From: an uncultured delta proteobacterium
GTDB taxonomy: Bacteria > Desulfobacterota > RBG-13-43-22
Assembly: GCA_963711835.1 (NCBI GenBank)
Contig: CAVQFQ010000018.1
Location: forward strand, 1 to 64,000
Length of the DNA stretch: 64,000 bases
Reading direction: 5' to 3'
The notes under the pieces are model-generated. The model saw nothing but the letters and a program-made list of their open reading frames with translations, made no database searches and was not told the origin of the DNA. Within the stretch, counting starts at the first letter, position 1. Each line of letters begins with the position of its first letter. A program made the translations under genes and the position numbers. Below are positions 59,815 through 64,000 of the stretch, piece after piece.

Positions 59815-61035
59815 TTATATAATCTCTTTAAACCATTTTTTCATCCGATCCATGACCCGGAAAAAAATATTTTGGTCGCGGATCCTAAATTTTTTCTTGG
59901 GCAGGGATCTGGCTCCGTAAAGGACCAGGCCGACTGCGGTAGCATACATGGGACTGTTAACTACATCGGCAATCCCGCCGAATCCCTGCGGATATCCTCG
60001 TCGAGCCGGAAGATTAAAAATCTGTTCGGCCAACTCAGGGATGCCTTCCATCAACGAAGAGCCGCCCGTTATGGCCAGGCCGGAGGCAATGGAATCGCTA
60101 TAGTTCGACCGCAGGATTTCACGGTTCACCAGAGAAAAGATTTCTTCCACCCGGGGCTCTAAAATTTCCCCCAAGATCTGGCGCGTGAGGGTCCGGGGTT
60201 TTCTGCCTCCGACGCTCGGGACCTCAATGGTTTCATCCTTAGTGATCATCGAGGTTAGGCAACAGCCGTGGATCTTTTTTATTTTTTCCGCGGCTAAATG
60301 AGGCGTTCGGAGTCCTACGGCAATATCGTTGGTCAGGTTGTTTCCTCCCAAGGCCAAAATGGAGGTGTGTTTAATGTTGTTGTTGGAGAAGATGGCCAAA
60401 TCCGTGGTCCCGCCTCCGAAGTCGATCAGGGCCACCCCTAATTCTTTTTCTTCCGGGGTAAGGACGGTTTCACTGGAGGCAATGGATTCCAATACGATAT
60501 CACAGACGTCCAATCCGGCCTTGTTGGCACACCGAATGATGTTCTGGGCCGAGGTCACCGCCCCGGTGATAATATGGACCTTGACTTCCAGACGCACCCC
60601 CGACATGCCTAAGGGGTCCTGAATGCCGTCCTGGTCGTCGACAATAAATTCCTGGGGGAGCACATGGATCACTTCCCGATCCAGAGGAATGGCGATGGCC
60701 TTGGCCGCATCAATAACCCGTACGATGTCGTTTTTGGTGACTTCCCTGCTTTTGACGGCAATCACACCCTGGCTGTTAAAGCCTTTGATGTGCCCCCCGG
60801 CAATGCCGGCAAAAACGGAGGTAATCTCGCAGCCGGCCATGAGTTCCGCTTCCTCGATGGCTTTCTTGATCGAATTCACGGTGCTTTCGATATTGACGAC
60901 CACCCCCTTCCGCAAACCCACTGATGGATGGGTCCCGATCCCGACGATATCCACCCCGCCTGAGGAGACTTCCCCGACAACGGCACAAATTTTTGTGGTC
61001 CCGATATCCAATCCTACCACCAGATTGTTATGCAA
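59815..61035 (-). CDS. ftsA: Cell division protein FtsA (TTG start at 61035)
   Basis: VGLDIGTTK and DFGGGTTD; GGAGGTGA SD before the TTG. Confidence 0.95.
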   Translation of the reverse strand: MHNNLVVGLDIGTTKICAVVGEVSSGGVDIVGIGTHPSVGLRKGVVVNIESTVNSIKKAIEEAELMAGCEITSVFAGIAGGHIKGFNSQGVIAVKSREVTKNDIVRVIDAAKAIAIPLDREVIHVLPQEFIVDDQDGIQDPLGMSGVRLEVKVHIITGAVTSAQNIIRCANKAGLDVCDIVLESIASSETVLTPEEKELGVALIDFGGGTTDLAIFSNNNIKHTSILALGGNNLTNDIAVGLRTPHLAAEKIKKIHGCCLTSMITKDETIEVPSVGGRKPRTLTRQILGEILEPRVEEIFSLVNREILRSNYSDSIASGLAITGGSSLMEGIPELAEQIFNLPARRGYPQGFGGIADVVNSPMYATAVGLVLYGARSLPKKKFRIRDQNIFFRVMDRMKKWFKEII

Positions 61036-61076
61036 AAGGTACTCACCTCCCTTCCTTAATAACCGCGGCCAAGGAC

Positions 61077-61931
61077 TTAAACGCCTTTTTGGGGCCTCAG
61101 TCCATGGACGATAATCCGCCGGCCAAACTGCAAAGAAATTCCCCGGAGATGCGGGAGGTCCGGGCGGGATTGCAGTGCCGCCCAGATTTTCTCCAGCCGC
61201 TTGACCCTGTTTGGAAGGTCTTCTTTTCCGAGGGTAATCCGGATCCCCCGCTCTAAGGTGTAGAGGGTAAACCCGCAATCCGGGTCGCAATGAATTTCGG
61301 AAAGCTTGCCCGGATAGATCGGGTCAACCCCTTGACTCAAAAGGGTTTGCAGGGTTACCAGGTCTTGAAGAAGGCCCGATCTTAGCCGGCCCGTAGCTTC
61401 CCAGTCTTCTTTTTCCAGTCCGGTTAGGAGAGGAAAGGCGACGCCGTCCCGGGACTCCGCTTTTTTAAAGAGCAGCCCTTCCCGGTTTAAAAAATATAGG
61501 TCCCGGTTGAGTAAGACCAGGTCCAGGGGCTGGTGTTCGGTCACCACGACATGAAGTTTGTTGGGCAGTTCCCGCCGCAGAGAAACCGTTTTGACCCAGG
61601 GGATGGTCTCCATCTTTTTTTTAACTTCGTTTAAATTTAAGGCCAGAAGATTGACCCCGTTTTCAAGACCCCCTTTCTGAAGCAATTCAGCTTGGGTGAC
61701 CTTATTGATCCCGGCGACCGCCACGTCTTCGATTTTGAAAAAGGGGGTGGAAAGGGCCACGAGGTAGCCCATTAATAGGGTCAGACTGATCCCCAAGGCG
61801 ATCATGATCAGCAGGGACCCAATCCAAAAATTATGCCAGAAGCGTTGAATCAAGGAAAGACCGGATTCCCGGAGAGGGGTCCGGTAGCTATTTCTGCCGA
61901 TGCTGCCGATTCTGGTTTTACCGATATACAT
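61077..61931 (-). CDS. ftsQ: Cell division protein FtsQ/DivIB
   Basis: Single TM followed by POTRA (PWVKTVSLRRELPN); dcw position. Confidence 0.85.
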   Translation of the reverse strand: MYIGKTRIGSIGRNSYRTPLRESGLSLIQRFWHNFWIGSLLIMIALGISLTLLMGYLVALSTPFFKIEDVAVAGINKVTQAELLQKGGLENGVNLLALNLNEVKKKMETIPWVKTVSLRRELPNKLHVVVTEHQPLDLVLLNRDLYFLNREGLLFKKAESRDGVAFPLLTGLEKEDWEATGRLRSGLLQDLVTLQTLLSQGVDPIYPGKLSEIHCDPDCGFTLYTLERGIRITLGKEDLPNRVKRLEKIWAALQSRPDLPHLRGISLQFGRRIIVHGLRPQKGV

Positions 61932-61940
61932 GAATTTCTC

Positions 61941-62870
61941 CTAAAGGGAACAGCCCCATAATGTTACTTCCGGTTCCAATAAAATTCCGCTCTCTTGAAA
62001 AACGCGTTTTTGGATCAAACGCATCAAAGACAGGACGTCTTGAGCCCGGCCCTTTCCCCGGTTTATGATAAAATTGGCATGCCGGGTGGATATTTCCACA
62101 TCACCCCGGATAACCCCTTTCAGTCCGGCCTCTTCGATCAACCGGCCGGCAAAATCCCCCGGGGGATTTTTAAATACCGAACCGCAACTGGGCCTTCTTA
62201 GGGGCTGGGTTAATCTTCGCCGGTTCCAGAGGGCCTTGGTTTCTTCCCGAATACGAAGCGGATCTCCTTGGGATAAAGCCACTCCTCCCGACAGGATAAC
62301 GGCCCCGGCCTCAAGGTTAAGCTGACGATAGGTAAAAGTGAGCTGCTCCCGATTCATTTTTTCCAGGCCCGCGGCCGGGGAGACCAGGATCAGGTATTCG
62401 GTAATATCTTTTATCTCCCGGCCATAACTGCCGGCATTCATGGCCCAGGCTCCGCCCAGGGAACCGGGGATGCCGGTCAAAAATTCAAGCCCTTGAAGGT
62501 GGTTCTTCAGACCATACTGGACCAGTTTAGAAAGAGGATAGCCGGCTCCCACCTCCAGAAGCCTTTGATTTGTTCTCCGGGTCTTTTCCTCCAACCCGGC
62601 AAAATGAGGCGCCAGATGGAGAACCGCTCCCCGGACTCCCTGATCGGCCACCAGCAGGTTGCTGCCTTGCCCCAAAATAAACCAGGGCAGATCCCGGTTT
62701 TGAAAAATCTCCAGGAGCTGCTCTACCTCCCGGATTCCCTGGGGTTGAATAAACCAATCGGCCCGCCCTCCGATGTTAAGAGTTGTCAAAGGGGCCAGGG
62801 GAAGCCACTGTTTTGCCCTTCCCGGACAGACCCTTTCAAAAAGCTGTTTCAGGCCCTTTCGAAGATACAA
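61941..62870 (-). CDS. murB: UDP-N-acetylmuramate dehydrogenase
   Basis: GSNLL, GIPGSLGG..MNAG, GSVFKNP and HANFIIN motifs. Confidence 0.95.
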   Translation of the reverse strand: MYLRKGLKQLFERVCPGRAKQWLPLAPLTTLNIGGRADWFIQPQGIREVEQLLEIFQNRDLPWFILGQGSNLLVADQGVRGAVLHLAPHFAGLEEKTRRTNQRLLEVGAGYPLSKLVQYGLKNHLQGLEFLTGIPGSLGGAWAMNAGSYGREIKDITEYLILVSPAAGLEKMNREQLTFTYRQLNLEAGAVILSGGVALSQGDPLRIREETKALWNRRRLTQPLRRPSCGSVFKNPPGDFAGRLIEEAGLKGVIRGDVEISTRHANFIINRGKGRAQDVLSLMRLIQKRVFQESGILLEPEVTLWGCSL

Positions 62871-64000
62871 GCTGCTGTCCTATCTTCCAGACATCACCGG
62901 CCCCCAGGGTAACCAAAATATCTCCGGAAGCCAGGACATCCTGGAGATAGGCCATGACCTTATCCTGGCTCGGTTGGAATCGGACCTCGCGATGCCCTTT
63001 TTCCTTGATCCCCTCCAGCAAATGTTCTGCGTCCAGACCCGGAATCGGATCTTCGCCGGCGGAATAAATAGGCATCAGGATCAGGCAATCGGCCTGGTAA
63101 AAAGAGGTCGTAAATTCGTTAAAAAGGGCCTTGGTTCTGGTAAAACGGTGAGGTTGAAAAACCACTACGATCCGCCGGTCCGGCCAACAGCCCCGCACGG
63201 CAGTGAGCGTGGCCCGGATTTCGGTGGGGTGGTGGCCATAATCATCAACAACGGTCACGCCGTTCCATTCGCCTCGAATCTGGAACCGCCGTTGGACCCC
63301 GGCTAATTGATCAAAGGCCTTTTTGATCTTTTCGAAAGGGATCTCCAGTTCGAATCCAACGGCAATAGCGGCCAGAGAGTTATAAACATTGTGCACCCCG
63401 GGCAGATTCAGATGAATCTCTCCCCAATCCCGGCCGTTATGAACAAGATGGAAGTGGGTGGACAGCCCCTGTTGTTGGATCCCCCTGGCCTGGAAATCAG
63501 CCTGAGTCGAGAGGCCGTAGGTCCGGTAGCGCTTCTTTAATTTGGGAATCAAAGAAGGAAGATAGGGGTCGTCCAAACAGAGGATGGCCAGCCCATAAAA
63601 GGGAAGACGGTTTAGAAAATCAAGAAAGGCGGCTTGGATCTGACTTAGGTCGCTGTAAAAATCGAGATGTTCCAAGTCGATATTGGTGACCACGGCAATA
63701 CTGGGCGAAAGATGCAGAAATGAACCATCGCTTTCATCGGCTTCGGCCACCAGGAAGGCCCCCTGTCCCAGCCGGGCGTTGCTGCCCCAACTATCCAGCC
63801 TTCCTCCGATGACCACCGTGGGGTCAAGGCCCCCCTGGGCCAGGACCTGGGCTACGATGGCCGTGGTGGTGGTCTTACCATGGGCCCCGGCAATCGCTAT
63901 GCCGTATTTCAAACGCATCAACTCGGCCAGCATTTCAGCCCGGGGAATAACCGGAAGAAGGGCTTCCCGGGCCGCCAAGACCTCGGGATTATCAGACCGG
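62836..64000 (-). CDS. murC: UDP-N-acetylmuramate--L-alanine ligase (5' part outside the window)
   Basis: GAHGKTTT, EADESDGSF, DDYGHHPTE and FQPHR motifs. Confidence 0.96.
   Translation of the reverse strand, partial: RSDNPEVLAAREALLPVIPRAEMLAELMRLKYGIAIAGAHGKTTTTAIVAQVLAQGGLDPTVVIGGRLDSWGSNARLGQGAFLVAEADESDGSFLHLSPSIAVVTNIDLEHLDFYSDLSQIQAAFLDFLNRLPFYGLAILCLDDPYLPSLIPKLKKRYRTYGLSTQADFQARGIQQQGLSTHFHLVHNGRDWGEIHLNLPGVHNVYNSLAAIAVGFELEIPFEKIKKAFDQLAGVQRRFQIRGEWNGVTVVDDYGHHPTEIRATLTAVRGCWPDRRIVVVFQPHRFTRTKALFNEFTTSFYQADCLILMPIYSAGEDPIPGLDAEHLLEGIKEKGHREVRFQPSQDKVMAYLQDVLASGDILVTLGAGDVWKIGQQLVSSKGPETAF

Noticed and set aside
61036-61290. 85-aa N-terminal extension of FtsA in the ORF track
   Set aside because: Overlaps ftsQ; a strong SD supports the TTG at 61035.

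Overview
Chromosomal window from an anaerobic Desulfobacterota-like (deltaproteobacterial) bacterium. The taxon is inferred from ahbD/ahbA, PurS-fused PurL, an HcpR-like Crp/Fnr and CooT. A perfect parS beside parAB suggests the window is near the origin. Housekeeping genes: purQL, ricT-metG, hemB-ahbD-ahbA, CIRCE-groESL, plsY, parAB, amtB and the distal dcw cluster murC-murB-ftsQ-ftsA-ftsZ. Accessory modules: sulfatase plus anSME; a complete pgaABCD operon whose PgaA has an N-terminal SPOR-like domain; a lexA / RadA-like / small helical protein / PolB2 cassette with a CTGT-N8-ACAG box in its promoter, apparently an SOS mutagenesis module built on an archaeal-type polymerase; a FabZ-GT2-KS-CLF minimal type II PKS-like unit; a decayed hotspot (AbrB/RelE pair, internally deleted type IIG R-M gene, tandem-domain Y1/HUH transposase between paired REP-like hairpins); and an AT-rich island (PilZ-PilZ-GNAT-like protein, V4R-TM-GAF-HD-GYP, SAM methyltransferase, B12 radical SAM) that looks like an uncharacterised c-di-GMP-linked small-molecule signalling system. 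Intergenic DNA holds several nested MITE-like families, including five related copies of one long-hairpin element. All calls are by-eye motif recognition; no searches were run.
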